Assembly: GCA_018056685.1 (NCBI GenBank)
Contig: JAGPFC010000004.1
Coordinates: 96,646-160,645, forward strand
Direction of reading: 5' to 3'
Source: Smithella sp.
GTDB lineage: Bacteria; Desulfobacterota; Syntrophia; Syntrophales; Smithellaceae
DNA: 64,000 nucleotides
Below are positions 18,872-28,669 of this stretch, one piece after another. The position numbers and the translations under genes were made by a program. The notes below the pieces were generated by a model. It made no database searches. It worked only from the letters and a program-made list of their open reading frames with translations, and was not told the DNA's origin. The first letter of the stretch is position 1, and the number at the start of each line of letters is the position of its first letter.

Positions 18872-19093
18872 TTATTTTGCAGGAGCAGGAGCCGGTGCAG
18901 CTTCGGGAGCAGGAGCCGGTGCAGCTGCGGGAGCAGGAGCCGGTGCAGCTTCAGGAGCCGGGGCCGGAGCCGGAGCCGGTTGTTCAACGGCCGGAGCCGG
19001 AGCCGGTTCGTCAGCTTTTTTGCATCCTACTACTGAAAGAGACAAAGAAGCGACGAGCATCATAGCTACAAAAATAGCAAATATTTTTTTCAT
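18872..19093 (-). CDS. Small lipoprotein with an Ala/Pro-rich repetitive tail
   Basis: MKKIFAIFVAMMLVASLSLSVVGC lipobox, then ..PAPAPAPEAAPAPAPAAAPAPAPEAAPAPAPAK. AAGGAGG SD lies 7 nt upstream of ATG 19093. The ORF-track start at 19180 was rejected. Confidence 0.8.
   Translation of the reverse strand: MKKIFAIFVAMMLVASLSLSVVGCKKADEPAPAPAVEQPAPAPAPAPEAAPAPAPAAAPAPAPEAAPAPAPAK
18882..18953. repeat. Three tandem 24-bp repeats, continuing as degenerate GGAGCC hexamers to about 19010
   Basis: GGAGCAGGAGCCGGTGCAGCT(TCG/GCG/TCA) three times head to tail. These encode the PAPAPEAA units of the lipoprotein on the minus strand. Confidence 0.9.
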
Positions 19094-19378
19094 TATAGGC
19101 AAACCTCCTTTCAAAGATTTATAAAGGTAATCCTTATATTTTCTGCAAAATACGCTTTTTTTCTGCCTTGTCAAGAACAAATTTCATAATTTTCAATTGC
19201 CAAGTCAATATTTTTTTAGTCCCGAACTATTTGTTTATTTTATGGATTAAATGAGAAGAAAATATTTAAAAAAATATTTCTTGATTTTTGTTTATAGTTT
19301 GATACGGTGCTTTCACGTTGTTCCACAGCGTTGTGACAAAAATAGCAAAGTAAAAACGGCAAAATCTTCAACAAATAA

Positions 19379-19416
19379 GCTCGTGACCTCAAAGGAACGG
19401 GCTTTTTGTTTGTTTT
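19379..19416 (+). terminator. Orphan plus-strand terminator-like hairpin plus T-tract in a 373-bp intergenic region
   Basis: GCTCGTGACC-TCAAA-GGAACGGGC (imperfect stem) followed by TTTTTGTTTGTTTT. No plus-strand gene lies upstream. It could alternatively serve prfC on the minus strand, where the T-tract is poorer. Confidence 0.35.
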
Positions 19417-19467
19417 AGTCATTGATCATTGACCAGTGCAATAGAAAATAAATCACGTTAAAAACAA

Positions 19468-21054
19468 TCAGCTTTTTTCCATCGTTTTGTGAAATTTAAC
19501 CTTCGGCCATTCTTCCATGGTATGTGAAAGACGCCATTCGCTTAATGCCAGGTAAACAAGGTTTCCTTCGGTATCGAAGGCCAGGTTGGTCTGATTCTTC
19601 TTTTGAAAATCTTCCATGATTTTGGCATCATCGCAGGTGACCCAGCGGGCGGCCGCGTAATCGGCCTTTTCGTAATCTGCATAAACGCTGTATTCATCCT
19701 TGAGTCGCGACATGGTGACATCAAACTGCAGAGCGCCGACAGCGCCCAGAATATTATCCGAACCCCACAGGGGTTTGAAAACCTGAATCGCCCCTTCTTC
19801 GGAGAGCTGAATCAGTCCTTTTTGCAGATGCTTCATGCGCAGCGGGTCTTTCAGTCGCACACGGCAGAAATGCTCCGGCGCGAAATGCGGAATGCCGGTG
19901 AATTTCAACGGTTCTTTTTGCGTAAAGGTATCACCGATTTTAATGGTACCGTAATTATGGATGCCGATGATGTCGCCGGGATAGGCCTCTTCAATATTGG
20001 TGCGGTTCTGCGCCATGAAAATCGTGGCATTGGCGAGCGATACTTCTCTTCCGATGCGGTGATGTATGACTTTCATGCCGCGCTGGAAATGCCCTGAACA
20101 GATCCGCATAAAAGCGATGCGGTCCCGATGCGCCGGATCCATGTTGGCTTGAATTTTAAAGACAAAGCCGGAAAAGTCATCTTCATCCGGGTTCACATCT
20201 CTGGTTGTTGTCGGACGCACAACCGGTGGCGGGGCGATATCCACAAAAGCGTCGAGCAGTTCCTTGACACCGAAGTTATTGATGGCGCTGCCGAAGAAAA
20301 CCGGTGTCTGGCTGGCTTTCAGATATTCTTTCAATTCAAAGGGATTGGCAGCGCCTTCCAGCAGAGCCACTTCCTCGCGCAACTCATCGGCCTGACTCTC
20401 CAGCAATTCATCCAGCAGCGGATCGGATAAATCCTGAATAACGACGCCCTCGTCCGAACGCCTCGCTTTTCCCGGCGTGAACAGGTGAAGTTTTTTGTCA
20501 TAAATGCTGTAAACACCCTTGAAGCGTTTTCCCATACCAATCGGCCAGGAAAGCGGTGAACATTCGATCTGCAGTTTATCTTCGATATCCGAGAGGATAT
20601 CCAGCGGCGGCAGACAGTCGCGGTCAAGTTTGTTGATGAAGGTAATAATCGGCGTATTGCGCAGACGACAGACTTCCATCAGTTTTTGGGTTTGTGTCTC
20701 GACGCCTTTAGCGCCGTCAATCACCATCAGCGCGCTGTCCACGGCGGTGAGTACGCGATAGGTGTCTTCGGAAAAATCCTGATGACCGGGTGTATCCAGA
20801 AGGTTGATGTCGCAATCCGCGTATTCAAATTTCATAACCGACGAGGTGACGGAAATGCCGCGGTCTTTTTCAATGGCCATCCAGTCGCTTAACGCATGCT
20901 TGGAAGCCTTGCGTGCCTTAACGGCGCCGGCCATCTGAATGGCGCCGCCGAAAAGCAGCAGCTTTTCCGTTAGCGTGGTTTTCCCCGCGTCCGGATGGCT
21001 GATAATGCCGAAGGTTCGGCGGCGTTCTATTTCTTTTTGCAGTTGCTTGCTCAA
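19468..21054 (-). CDS. prfC: Peptide chain release factor 3
   Basis: 528 aa. G-domain [28 protein letters not shown] start codon. Confidence 0.95.
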   Translation of the reverse strand: MSKQLQKEIERRRTFGIISHPDAGKTTLTEKLLLFGGAIQMAGAVKARKASKHALSDWMAIEKDRGISVTSSVMKFEYADCDINLLDTPGHQDFSEDTYRVLTAVDSALMVIDGAKGVETQTQKLMEVCRLRNTPIITFINKLDRDCLPPLDILSDIEDKLQIECSPLSWPIGMGKRFKGVYSIYDKKLHLFTPGKARRSDEGVVIQDLSDPLLDELLESQADELREEVALLEGAANPFELKEYLKASQTPVFFGSAINNFGVKELLDAFVDIAPPPVVRPTTTRDVNPDEDDFSGFVFKIQANMDPAHRDRIAFMRICSGHFQRGMKVIHHRIGREVSLANATIFMAQNRTNIEEAYPGDIIGIHNYGTIKIGDTFTQKEPLKFTGIPHFAPEHFCRVRLKDPLRMKHLQKGLIQLSEEGAIQVFKPLWGSDNILGAVGALQFDVTMSRLKDEYSVYADYEKADYAAARWVTCDDAKIMEDFQKKNQTNLAFDTEGNLVYLALSEWRLSHTMEEWPKVKFHKTMEKS

Positions 21055-21177
21055 AATTATATTCCAGAATGTCTTTCCGAATTCCGATCGGCCGGAATAA
21101 GGAATCTTTTAATCCGTTAATCTTTTAAGGACGGGCGCGTATATTAATCATTATGCGCTATCTGTCAACCATTATCC

Positions 21178-22146
21178 TCACATCCTGACGTAAACCAAAA
21201 TATTGCCGGACAGATCTTCTTGTATGAGGCCTTCGGCTGTCAGTTCCTTTAAATACGTCAGGATTTCGTTCAAGGCCAGAAATTTGTCGAATTCGGAAAG
21301 ATTGGGGCCGACCATTTCCTGTGAAATCTCATAGGTGGTTTTAGGCTGTTTGTTTACATGATCCAGAACAGCGAGCTTTCTTTTTTGGTGGTATTGGCGG
21401 ATGTCGAACAGTCTTTCATTACAATCGACAAATGAATTACCGTGTCCCGGGTAGATTGTGGTAACAGGCAATTTTTCAACAGCGTTTAATGAGTTGAGAT
21501 ATGTTGAAAGGGGATGAAAATGATTATCGAATATGTTCGGACTGAGAATCGGCGCAATGTAGGGTAAAATGTGATCACCGGCCAGTAAAAAACCTTTTTC
21601 CGGGAAGAAAAAGCAAACATGTCCCGCAGCGTGTCCGGGCGTTTCAACGGTTTTGAATTTCCAGTTGCCGAATTCATAATGATCGCCGTCGCACAGAAAA
21701 AAGTCCGCGTGAAATTCGGTAATAATGCCCCGAATATCCTCGTATTCTTCGACAATCAGGTCAATAAAATGAGAAGACATGCCATGGCGCGCATAGAACT
21801 TTCTTAACTGCGTTACAGCCGGGTCACTTTCCCGAAAATGCCGATATTCTGCAAAAGCCGCTCGGGAGAGATGGACTTTTGCGCCTGATGCATTTTGTAG
21901 AAGCCCCGCCATACTGCAGTGATCGGTGTGTACATGCGTCAGATAAATGTGTTGGATGTCTTGAAGGCCGAAATCAATACCGGCCAGATCCCTTTGCAGT
22001 GTTTCATAAGAACCGGGTGTGTTGAGTCCGGTGTCGAACAGGGCCAGTTTCCCGTCCTGAGCGAAAAGGTAGGCGTTCACATGTCTCAGGCGGTAAGGCA
22101 TACGCAACGTGATGCGGTAAAAATTTTTTTCGATTTCAGTTATCAT
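21178..22146 (-). CDS. MBL-fold metallo-hydrolase with a C-terminal winged-helix-like tail
   Basis: HxHxDH motif (LTHVHTDHCS), later GHAAGH and PGHG metal ligands. Confidence 0.8.
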   Translation of the reverse strand: MITEIEKNFYRITLRMPYRLRHVNAYLFAQDGKLALFDTGLNTPGSYETLQRDLAGIDFGLQDIQHIYLTHVHTDHCSMAGLLQNASGAKVHLSRAAFAEYRHFRESDPAVTQLRKFYARHGMSSHFIDLIVEEYEDIRGIITEFHADFFLCDGDHYEFGNWKFKTVETPGHAAGHVCFFFPEKGFLLAGDHILPYIAPILSPNIFDNHFHPLSTYLNSLNAVEKLPVTTIYPGHGNSFVDCNERLFDIRQYHQKRKLAVLDHVNKQPKTTYEISQEMVGPNLSEFDKFLALNEILTYLKELTAEGLIQEDLSGNILVYVRM

Positions 22147-22315
22147 TTGATTTTGGGTTATCGGCCATGCCCGAAATTTTCAGACAGGCATCCATTCTCT
22201 TTCTGAATTCAAAGATGGAGCATGCTGCTTGCTCCGGAACTTTTAGATTCTGGCTATAAGCCTGAACCAGCGATAAGTGCTTCGCCGGCCAGACCCATAC
22301 CAGGCGATTTTTCCA

Positions 22316-24133
22316 TTATTCTTCTTTGCGGCTTTTCATCTGACGTTTGGTCGCGTCGAGCTCCATTTTTCTCAAGCGAACGCTCTTGGGAGTTATCTCC
22401 ACAAGTTCGTCTTCCGCAATGAATTCGATAGCCTGATCCAGCGACAGAACATGCGGAGGGCGCAAAATGACTGTTGCGTCCGAGGTGGATGCCCGCATAT
22501 TGGTCAATTTCTTTTCTTTGATGATGTTTACATTAAGATCGGAGCTCCGGTTGCGTTCGCCAACAATCATTCCCGCGTAAACTTCCGTGCCGATTTCCAC
22601 AATCATCTCGCCGCGATCTTCCATCGCGTAACTGGCGTAGGAGGTGACCCGGCCGGGACGGTCGGCAACCAGCACACCACTCAGGCGCTGGGGAATCGCT
22701 CCCGCCCAAGGTGCATAATCTTCCAGCAAAGAATTCATCACGCCACCGCCTTTGGTGTCCGTCAGAAACTGACTGCGAAAACCGATCAATCCGCGGGAGG
22801 GAATCAGAAATTCCATGCTGACCCGTCCCGAACCTTTGTTGACGAGACTTTCCATACGCCCTTTTCGGATAGAGAGTTTCTCGGTGATTCTCCCGACAAA
22901 TTCTTCGGGAATATCCAGAAAGAGCCTCTCCACCGGTTCATGCGTTTTGCCTTTTATTTCCCGCGTGATGACCCGCGGGCGTGAAACCATCAACTCGTAG
23001 CCTTCGCGGCGCATGGTTTCGATGAGCACCGCCATTTGCAGTTCGCCGCGTCCGCAGACCTCAAAAGCGTCTGTTCTTTCCGTTTTTTTGATTTTGATGG
23101 CAACATTGCGCAGCGCTTCCCGCTCCAGCCGTTCAAGAAGATGGCGAGATGTTAAATACTTTCCCTCTTTTCCGGCAAACGGACCGTCGTTGACGTAAAA
23201 CATCATGGACACGGTTGGTTCATCTACAAGCAGGCGGGGCAGCGGTTTCGGATCGGTGAAGGATGAAATCGTATCGCCGATTTTAACATTATCCACTCCC
23301 GCCAGAGCGATAATATCACCGGATTCCACTGTATCGGTTTGTTTTTTCGTCAGACCATAGAACGTATAAAGAGCGGTGAACTTAACCCCCGGAATTATTT
23401 TATCTATCGCACAGAGACTGTAGTTGTTGTTCATTTCCAGTCTGCCGCTCTGCAGGCGCCCAACAGCAATCTGCCCGACATAAGGATCATAATCGAGATT
23501 GGTAACCAGAAACTGAGGAATATCTTCATCGTTACCGGTGGGAGGAGGCATGTATTCGATGATGGTCTGAAGCAGCGACGACAAATCCGTGCTGTCATCG
23601 CCCAATTTTTTGTGGCTTATTCCAATTTTGGCATTGGTGTAAAGGATCGGGAACTCAATTTGATTTTCTTCCGCTCCAAGATCAATAAAAAGGTCATAAG
23701 TTTCATTGATGACTTCTTCAATTCTTGCGTCGCTGCGATCGATTTTGTTGATAACCAGGATAATGGGCAGGTGCAGTCCAAGCGCCTTTTTTAAAACGAA
23801 GCGAGTCTGCGGCAACGGTCCTTCGCTGGCGTCAACCAGCAGAATCGCTCCGTCAACCATGTTGAGGCTGCGTTCCACCTCGCCGCCAAAATCGGCATGG
23901 CCGGGCGTATCCACAATATTGATTTTTACACCGTTATAATTGACGGCGGTATTTTTAGCCATAATGGTGATGCCGCGTTCTCTTTCCAGATCCATCGAAT
24001 CCATCACGCGGTCCTCCACCACACGATTGGCGTGAAAAACGCCGGTCTGCTTGAGCATGGCGTTAAGCAGCGTGGTTTTGCCGTGATCGACATGGGAAAT
24101 GATGGCAATATTGCGTAAATGATTTTTCTTCAT
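22316..24133 (-). CDS. typA: Translational GTPase TypA/BipA
   Basis: 605 aa. [34 protein letters not shown]-like domain order without domain IV. Confidence 0.95.
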   Translation of the reverse strand: MKKNHLRNIAIISHVDHGKTTLLNAMLKQTGVFHANRVVEDRVMDSMDLERERGITIMAKNTAVNYNGVKINIVDTPGHADFGGEVERSLNMVDGAILLVDASEGPLPQTRFVLKKALGLHLPIILVINKIDRSDARIEEVINETYDLFIDLGAEENQIEFPILYTNAKIGISHKKLGDDSTDLSSLLQTIIEYMPPPTGNDEDIPQFLVTNLDYDPYVGQIAVGRLQSGRLEMNNNYSLCAIDKIIPGVKFTALYTFYGLTKKQTDTVESGDIIALAGVDNVKIGDTISSFTDPKPLPRLLVDEPTVSMMFYVNDGPFAGKEGKYLTSRHLLERLEREALRNVAIKIKKTERTDAFEVCGRGELQMAVLIETMRREGYELMVSRPRVITREIKGKTHEPVERLFLDIPEEFVGRITEKLSIRKGRMESLVNKGSGRVSMEFLIPSRGLIGFRSQFLTDTKGGGVMNSLLEDYAPWAGAIPQRLSGVLVADRPGRVTSYASYAMEDRGEMIVEIGTEVYAGMIVGERNRSSDLNVNIIKEKKLTNMRASTSDATVILRPPHVLSLDQAIEFIAEDELVEITPKSVRLRKMELDATKRQMKSRKEE

Positions 24134-24329
24134 CCTTCTGCATCCTTTTAGGTTATGGTTTATAACTGATTGAACAGATTTATAACAGTTTTGAACACAA
24201 CCGGTTATTTCTCAAAGACGGGTGTCGTAATTTGTCGGGACTATGCTATAATTTTCTTGACTTGTAAACCTCTTTTTCTTATGCTCCCCCAAATTAATGT
24301 AAATATTTTATTTTTTTAGGAATATTCAT

Positions 24330-25238
24330 ATGTTGAATTTTTTACCGCCAAAAATTATCGGCGTGATCGCCGGTCTGCTGCTGACCTTAAATGTCTTGTT
24401 CTGGGTTACTCTCTTGTTCATTGTTTCCATTCCTAAAATCCTGATTCCCTGGCCGCCCTTGTTGAAAGTCATCAATAAAATTCTTCAATGGATCGGGGAA
24501 AACTGGATTGCCGGCAACAGCGGCTGGATGTGGCTGACCCAGAAAACCGAATGGGATGTGCAGGGCGCGGAACATCTCGATTACAACGGCTGGTATCTGG
24601 TGGTCAGCAATCATCAGTCTTGGGTGGATATTCTGGTGATGCAGCATCTGTTGAACCGCAAAATTCCTCTCCTGAAATTCTTTATCAAACGGGAACTCAT
24701 CAAGGTGCCCTTTATGGGATTTGCCTGGTGGGCGCTGGATTTTCCCTTTTTGTATCGGCACAGCGCTGAATATCTGAAACAGCATCCGGAGCAGGCGGGC
24801 AAGGACTTTGAAACAACGCGCAAAGCTTGCGAGAAGTTCGCCACCATTCCCACCAGCGTCATGAATTTTCTGGAAGGCACACGTTTTACCCCTGCAAAAC
24901 ATGACAAGCAGAAAAGCGAATACAAATACCTGCTCCGTCCCAAATCGGGTGGCCTGGCGCTGGCGTTTAATGTACTGGGAGAAAAGTTTCATTCGCTTCT
25001 GGATATCACCATTGTTTATCCGGATGGCATTCCCGGATTCGGTGAATTTCTGTGTGGCAAAGTCAAACGCATCACTGTTCACATGAGAACCCTGGAAATT
25101 CCGAAAAATCTTTTGAACGGTGATTATGAAAACGATCCGGCGTTTCGCGATGCCATGCATAAGTGGGTGCAAAACCTCTGGTTGGAGAAAGATAAAAAGA
25201 TTGAAACCCTGCTGAAAAAAGCCAAATCACGGGTATGA
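24330..25238 (+). CDS. Membrane-bound lysophospholipid/glycerolipid acyltransferase (YihG-like)
   Basis: N-terminal TM helices, HX4D motif NHQSWVD, and FLEGTRF motif. Confidence 0.8.
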   Translation: MLNFLPPKIIGVIAGLLLTLNVLFWVTLLFIVSIPKILIPWPPLLKVINKILQWIGENWIAGNSGWMWLTQKTEWDVQGAEHLDYNGWYLVVSNHQSWVDILVMQHLLNRKIPLLKFFIKRELIKVPFMGFAWWALDFPFLYRHSAEYLKQHPEQAGKDFETTRKACEKFATIPTSVMNFLEGTRFTPAKHDKQKSEYKYLLRPKSGGLALAFNVLGEKFHSLLDITIVYPDGIPGFGEFLCGKVKRITVHMRTLEIPKNLLNGDYENDPAFRDAMHKWVQNLWLEKDKKIETLLKKAKSRV

Positions 25239-25262
25239 AACCCAGGGCAAGCCATGGGTCAT

Positions 25263-25381
25263 AATTCCGCAGCAGGCTTTGGGTTATCATACCCTCCGCT
25301 ATGCGGGATTGTTCGACTTACAAATTTCAATACACCTATAGTGACCTTCAGGTTATTCGTTTTTGAAATTTGAGTCTCACA
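25263..25381 (-). repeat. Dispersed two-hairpin intergenic repeat, copy C
   Basis: Near-identical to copy A (..TATCATACCCTCCGCTATGCGGGATTGTTCGACTTACAAATTTCAA..TTTTTGAAATTTGAGTCTCAC), with an extra ~20 nt inside loop 1. Starts 25 nt after the acyltransferase stop. Confidence 0.8.
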
Positions 25382-25472
25382 ATCAAAATAAGCATTGGAT
25401 GTGTTTTTTTCTCCAAGATGGCTTTCATTTCATAATTTCCGCTAATTATCCTCAACAGCATTTAAGCTAACC

Positions 25473-25681
25473 ATGGGTGTCAAGTGTTGTAAGGACTGCC
25501 GCCTGATAGCAGCAAAACCGATTGTCATCCGTACTTGTGCAAAGGCAATACCTGCCCGAAAAATTGCGATTCAGCCGCGGATTGCGTTGCGCTATTTATC
25601 AATGGCCAAATAGAGCCGAACAAAACCTTCGTCTGCGATACGCAGGGTAGCCGCGCCTGTGTCCCGATGATACAAAAATGA
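25473..25681 (+). pseudogene. Possible frameshifted remnant of a small Cys-rich protein
   Basis: The ATG at 25473 opens MGVKCCKDCR.. (46 codons, stop at 25611). A second frame, open from 25493 to the TGA at 25679-25681 but lacking any start codon, reads ..DCHPYLCKGNTCPKNCDSAADCVALFINGQIEPNKTFVCDTQGSRACVPMIQK (7 Cys). Confidence 0.25.
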
Positions 25682-26199
25682 CAGGTTATGGCGTCGGGTT
25701 TCATTTAACGGAAATTCGGGGAACGGTTCCATCTAATTAATTTACCACCGATAGTCACCACCAAACAAGCAATGCCGGTGATTGATTTCATCACCAATCG
25801 CCGGTTTTCTATTTTAGACGGATAAAATTACTGCTTGATACATTATTAATTTTGTAATCAACCTTTAACATGGGCATCATCAAATCAGACGACTTCCCAA
25901 TATTATTGATAGTGGGTAATGACAAGCCCAATCAGCATATAAATTATTGTAGATTGATCGATTGAAAGCTACGATGATGAAGCTGCTGGTTTCCGGTCTC
26001 TCAATGTGGGAAAAGTTTTCCTGAAAAGAAACAAATCTCTATTCTTATCAATAACGCTTTCTTTTAATCTGTAAAAAATAAAAACCCGACCAATATCGTC
26101 GCCGCACATCCATAGTTCTTGGTAATAGTAATTGACATAAAAGGTTATTTTTTTTAAAAAATATTAATCAATACATGAGCCATAAAGAAGGAAATAAGC

Positions 26200-27678
26200 A
26201 TGGGTACAAATCTCACTCTTCAAAAGTATCACTGGGCGTGGATTACCATCATTCTTGTTCTCATAATCGCGGTTTTGTCCATTTATACACGCGATCCAGT
26301 CCTGGGTGCAGAAACCGATCATTACTTGGTTGATCATCTAAGCTACCGTCCTTATCTCTCAAAGATACTGTGTCCCAACGTGATAGACTCAACTGATTAT
26401 ATGGCTCGACCAGTAAGTCATTTTTTTGAAAATATTGACGCTCATATATTTTACTTTTTGTATTCTTTGAGCATACCATCATTTATTTCAATCTCCACGA
26501 TGGTCATGCTCTTTATTCTTTCAGCGGCCATATGGTTTTTTGCAACTTATTATGCCAAGGTTCCTCCGATTATTGCAACCCTTATGCTGGCACTTTTATG
26601 GACGAACCCTAATGTGTTTTTTGCTGGTAATCTTTTCAGGGACGCCAAAATTGCAGCTACATTCTTCTTTATTCTAGCAGGACTCTATTCCTTCCGTATC
26701 ATTTCGCAAAATCAACCATTACGATTTCGTGATTTCGCAATAATCTTTGTCTTAGCTCTTCTGGCCTGCCTATCTGATCCACAGGGGTTTGCTTTTATTG
26801 CCATGTTGAGCAGTATCGCATTTGTCTGGGCTTTATTCACTGATTCTCGTCCGGCTTATCTGTCTTTCTTATCTGGATTATTTGCGTCAATAACGTATTT
26901 ATTTCTCAGCATCAATGTACTGCCAAAACTTGTCGCTCAATACACTTGGTTTCATGCACATAGCGCTTTTGCCAACTATCAACAAACCGATGCAGCGGAA
27001 CATTACATTAAATATCTTTGGAATGGCACTTTGTTGCACCTGGACACAATCCGATTTCTATTTGGTAATGTTCCTCGCGTTGTCATTGCTATTTTTCTCA
27101 TCATGCTCTGCATCGCCATTTTTAAACTAACCCGTCATGGATTGTTGATTGGCTTTTGCTTCATTCTGCTGATGGTAGAAAATTTTGTCATAGACGGTTT
27201 GATGGTCGCTCGGCACCCTCCCTTGATGATGCCAGACGTAATGCGTGGCGGATACTATCAATTACCGAGCGTTGTGCTCGTTTGTGTTTTCATGCTATTT
27301 ATTCTGCCATTAGTTTGTAAAACATTCCGCGTTCCCCAGAACGTTCTCGCGGCATTGTTACTTGTAGCAATTTTTGCAAATATAATTGCCATACCTTATC
27401 ACAAGAAAGTGATGCGAAACTCACCTTTTATGCATAGCGTTATTGCCTCTCCATTTCTCCGTGCTGAGCTTGTATCACTCTCCAAGATCACTCCAACCGG
27501 CCCACCTTTGCCATATAATGCAAGATATGCAAGCGAATCCAGGGTATCAGTGTATTTATTTAATCCAAACTTGGATATGTCTACTAATTTAAAATACTAC
27601 ATTAACTTGTCACCCATATACAATTTTCTACGCAGCAAAAAGGGACTGCCATACAACAAGATAAAGCGACATAAATAG
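26200..27678 (+). CDS. Polytopic integral membrane protein (at least 10 predicted TM helices), possibly a GT-C-type glycosyltransferase
   Basis: 492-aa ORF, visibly more AT-rich and richer in A/T-ending codons than all neighbours. GAAGGAAATAAGC precedes the ATG. An acidic stretch (AETDHYLVDH) follows TM1, as in GT-C enzymes. The function assignment is weak. Confidence 0.7.
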   Translation: MGTNLTLQKYHWAWITIILVLIIAVLSIYTRDPVLGAETDHYLVDHLSYRPYLSKILCPNVIDSTDYMARPVSHFFENIDAHIFYFLYSLSIPSFISISTMVMLFILSAAIWFFATYYAKVPPIIATLMLALLWTNPNVFFAGNLFRDAKIAATFFFILAGLYSFRIISQNQPLRFRDFAIIFVLALLACLSDPQGFAFIAMLSSIAFVWALFTDSRPAYLSFLSGLFASITYLFLSINVLPKLVAQYTWFHAHSAFANYQQTDAAEHYIKYLWNGTLLHLDTIRFLFGNVPRVVIAIFLIMLCIAIFKLTRHGLLIGFCFILLMVENFVIDGLMVARHPPLMMPDVMRGGYYQLPSVVLVCVFMLFILPLVCKTFRVPQNVLAALLLVAIFANIIAIPYHKKVMRNSPFMHSVIASPFLRAELVSLSKITPTGPPLPYNARYASESRVSVYLFNPNLDMSTNLKYYINLSPIYNFLRSKKGLPYNKIKRHK

Positions 27679-27810
27679 GTAAAATTGGCAGGTATGAACA
27701 ATGACTTGATTGAATTCTCTCTGTCAATTCAAATATAGCTCAAGTCACATTAAAAGCACGGATGTTTCTGTCAATCATAATGAACCACTCCGGCGCAAGC
27801 GGCAGTAATG

Positions 27811-27899
27811 CAATCCACATTTATTCCACTCGGCTTCGCCTCGGGGATAATTCGACCATCAAATTTCAGTGCACTTTGTTTCCGAAATTTGGATCTCAT
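27811..27899 (-). repeat. Dispersed two-hairpin intergenic repeat, copy D
   Basis: Reverse complement reads ATGAGATCCAAATTTCGGAAACAAAGTGCACTGAAATTTGATGGTCGAATTATCCCCGAGGCGAAGCCGAGTGGAATAAATGTGGATTG. It aligns with copy B along its whole length. Confidence 0.8.
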
Positions 27900-27956
27900 T
27901 AAAAAATCTCTTGACATATTTTTCATAATATTTAAACGTTTGGTTAAACTATTCGG

Positions 27957-28616
27957 TTGAAAAATGACGGGGTATGGGTCTTGATTAAAAAAGTAATTGA
28001 TATAGAAAAACCGGGACAAACGGCTGAGAAAATTCTCAAAGCGGCGCGGTCGGTGTTTGCCGAAAAAGGTTACAGCGGTGCGCATGTTGATGAAATTGCT
28101 GCACGTGCCGGTGTGAATAAAGCAACCATTTATTATCAGATTGGCGATAAAGACACGCTCTATGCCAATGTCATTCATCAGATTATCGGCAACACCGCAC
28201 AAGGCATCGCTCAGGCTGTCGCGCATGCAAACCGTTCGGATGAAAAGCTGAAAGCCTATATCAACTTTATCGTTGACGTCGTGGATAAAAATCCGGAATT
28301 GCCTCCGATTATGATGCGCGAGGTTGCCTCAGGCGGTGCGACACTCCCCCGTCTTGTCATGGAAGATATGGCGTCCATCCTGGCTATTCTGGCCGGTATT
28401 CTCGAAGAAGGAAGAAAAAAAGGCGTGTTTACAGAGACCGTACCCTTTCTTATCCATATGATGATTATGGGAACAATTCTCTTTTATAAAAAAGGTTCAG
28501 CAATCAAGGATAAGCAGTTATGGGTCCCGGAAGCGCTGAAAGCCCTTGATAAAAACCTGAAGACGGGTTTGGGTCAGGAAGTGACGAAGCTCGTGCTCAA
28601 GGCGATAAAAACATGA
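27957..28616 (+). CDS. TetR/AcrR-family transcriptional regulator
   Basis: HTH region AEKILKAARSVFAEKGYSGAHVDEIAARAGVNKATIYYQIGDKDTLY. The ORF-track start is TTG 27957 and the true start is uncertain. Confidence 0.85.
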   Translation: MKNDGVWVLIKKVIDIEKPGQTAEKILKAARSVFAEKGYSGAHVDEIAARAGVNKATIYYQIGDKDTLYANVIHQIIGNTAQGIAQAVAHANRSDEKLKAYINFIVDVVDKNPELPPIMMREVASGGATLPRLVMEDMASILAILAGILEEGRKKGVFTETVPFLIHMMIMGTILFYKKGSAIKDKQLWVPEALKALDKNLKTGLGQEVTKLVLKAIKT

Positions 28617-28669
28617 TCAACAGTGGGAGCGGTAGAGAAAATTAACAGGGGAAATAAGGAGGAGAAGCT

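Noticed and set aside
18882-19010. Possible CRISPR-like array
   Set aside because: The repeats are directly tandem, with no spacers. They are 24 bp or less and lie within a coding sequence. No cas genes are in the window.
18861-19124. 87-aa plus-strand ORF rich in GAGAGA (also 18877-19065)
   Set aside because: It is a mirror-strand reading of the Ala/Pro tandem repeats. The minus-strand lipoprotein has the SD, signal peptide, lipobox and terminator.
25382-26199. Mobile-element genes (transposase or integrase) or a hidden RNA gene in the 820-bp ORF-free AT-rich stretch
   Set aside because: There are no terminal inverted repeats, no recombinase-like reading frame in any of the six frames, and no tRNA-like or other recognisable structured motif. 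It is reported only as part of the AT-rich insert.
27901-27956. Promoter/operator upstream of the first TetR gene (TTGACA at 27911, AAACGTTT palindrome at 27934, TTAAAC direct repeat)
   Set aside because: No acceptable -10 hexamer lies 16-18 nt from the -35, and the palindrome is only 8 bp. This is too weak to call.
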